Shown here: one piece after another, positions 63,278 to 64,000 of the stretch | How the letters are laid out: each line of letters starts with the position of its first letter | How positions within the stretch are numbered: position 1 is the first letter of the stretch | Notes under the pieces: model-generated | Databases searched by the model: none | Seen by the model: only the letters and a program-made list of their open reading frames with translations | Told to the model about the DNA's origin: nothing | Translations under genes and position numbers: made by a program | DNA from: Rhodobiaceae bacterium | Lineage (GTDB): Bacteria > Pseudomonadota > Alphaproteobacteria > Rhizobiales > TMED25 | Length of the DNA: 64,000 bases | Reading direction: 5' to 3' | NCBI GenBank assembly: GCA_018651345.1 | Contig: JABIEF010000050.1 | Location: forward strand, 27,895-91,894

Positions 63278-64000
63278 ATGAAAAGTATGTTTAATAAATC
63301 AATTTATGTTTGGGGCGCAATAATTAGTGCAATTATTATTGTTATAAGTTTAAATTCTTTGGTAGGAACTTATTTAAGTTCTCAGAGGATAGATTTAACT
63401 CAAGAAAAACTCTATACAATTGCTGACGGTACTATTGAAACATTAAAATCTATCGATGAGCCAATAAAAATTAAGGTTTATTATTCTCAAAAATTAGGAG
63501 AAAACTATCCTCCATTTAAATTGTATTACGAGAGGTTAAGAACTCTATTAAAAAGGTATCAAGAAATATCGGGAGGAAAGCTTATTGTTTCTTTTTATAA
63601 TCCTGAACCATATTCTGAGGTGGAAGAAAGAGCAATAGCTGATTATATTAGAGGTATCCCCTTAAATGAACATGGAGAATATGGTTATTTCGGCCTGGTT
63701 GCGAATAATATCATTGATGATATTGAGGTAATGCCTTTTATGGATTTGGATAGAGATCAATTTCTAGAATATGATATCACTTCAAGAATCTTTAGTTTAG
63801 CAAATTATAACAAACCTGTTGTTGGTTTTATATCAGGTTTAGGAATTGATGGCGTAATTGACTCACAAGGTGGGGCAACTCCGCCTTGGAAGATAATGGG
63901 TCAAATAAGAGAATTTTTTGATATTGAAACCCTTGTAGATTATAGAGAAAACAATGCTAAGCTTGAAAAAATTCCAGATAATATAGATGTACTTTTCATT
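63278..64000 (+). CDS. GldG-like ABC-transporter auxiliary protein, 3'-truncated by the window end
   Basis: Hand translation from ATG 63278 gives MKSMFNKSIYVWGAIISAIIIVISLNS...RIDLTQEKLYTIADGT...IKIKVYYS. The frame stays open to position 64000. Absent from the track because no stop is reached. Confidence 0.75.
   Translation, partial: MKSMFNKSIYVWGAIISAIIIVISLNSLVGTYLSSQRIDLTQEKLYTIADGTIETLKSIDEPIKIKVYYSQKLGENYPPFKLYYERLRTLLKRYQEISGGKLIVSFYNPEPYSEVEERAIADYIRGIPLNEHGEYGYFGLVANNIIDDIEVMPFMDLDRDQFLEYDITSRIFSLANYNKPVVGFISGLGIDGVIDSQGGATPPWKIMGQIREFFDIETLVDYRENNAKLEKIPDNIDVLFI

Overview
This 64-kb window looks like it comes from a very AT-rich, tightly packed alphaproteobacterial genome. The taxonomic call is inference from the DivK, ATP12, DUF1489, PyrC'/PyrB and family-III CoA-transferase content and the protein sequences; a SAR11/Pelagibacterales-like lineage fits, but I cannot verify it without a database.

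Positions 1-30.7 kb form one uninterrupted plus-strand translation/transcription supercluster: tRNA-Tyr, tRNA-Gly, tuf, tRNA-Trp, secE, nusG, rplKAJL, rpoBC, rpsL, rpsG, fusA, then the S10, spc and alpha operons through rplQ.

Positions 30.8-53.5 kb hold housekeeping genes: crcB, a pseudouridine synthase, ATP12, lipB, tRNA-Leu, clpS, clpA, a HIT protein, divK, rpmG, topA, plsY, pyrC'-pyrB, ruvX, gatCAB and an EamA transporter.

Positions 53.6-64 kb are the only accessory-looking part. They hold a GST, a thiolase, two oxidoreductases, an orphan secreted solute-binding protein, a CaiB/CaiD-like CoA-transferase plus crotonase pair, and a GldA/F/G-like ABC-2 system.

I found no mobile elements, CRISPR arrays, defence systems or prophage remnants. 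I cannot honestly claim a clear novel multi-gene system.

The observations most worth a second look are:
- an unclassified GC-rich, strongly base-paired ~140-nt element with its own promoter-like signal and a CCUCCUCC motif, between divK and rpmG (alternatively a 34-codon sORF on the other strand);
- a decayed RidA pseudogene abutting a FemAB-like/DUF482 gene whose conserved N-terminus has no canonical start codon (possible ATT start);
- a dihydroorotase homologue lacking the metal-binding histidines (PyrC'-type pseudoenzyme);
- a compositionally deviant, monocistronic orphan SBP gene with a strong terminator and a 515-bp extremely AT-rich upstream region;
- a repeat-built acidic tail on ribosomal protein L3.

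Most antisense ORFs in the supplied track are shadows of the real genes.
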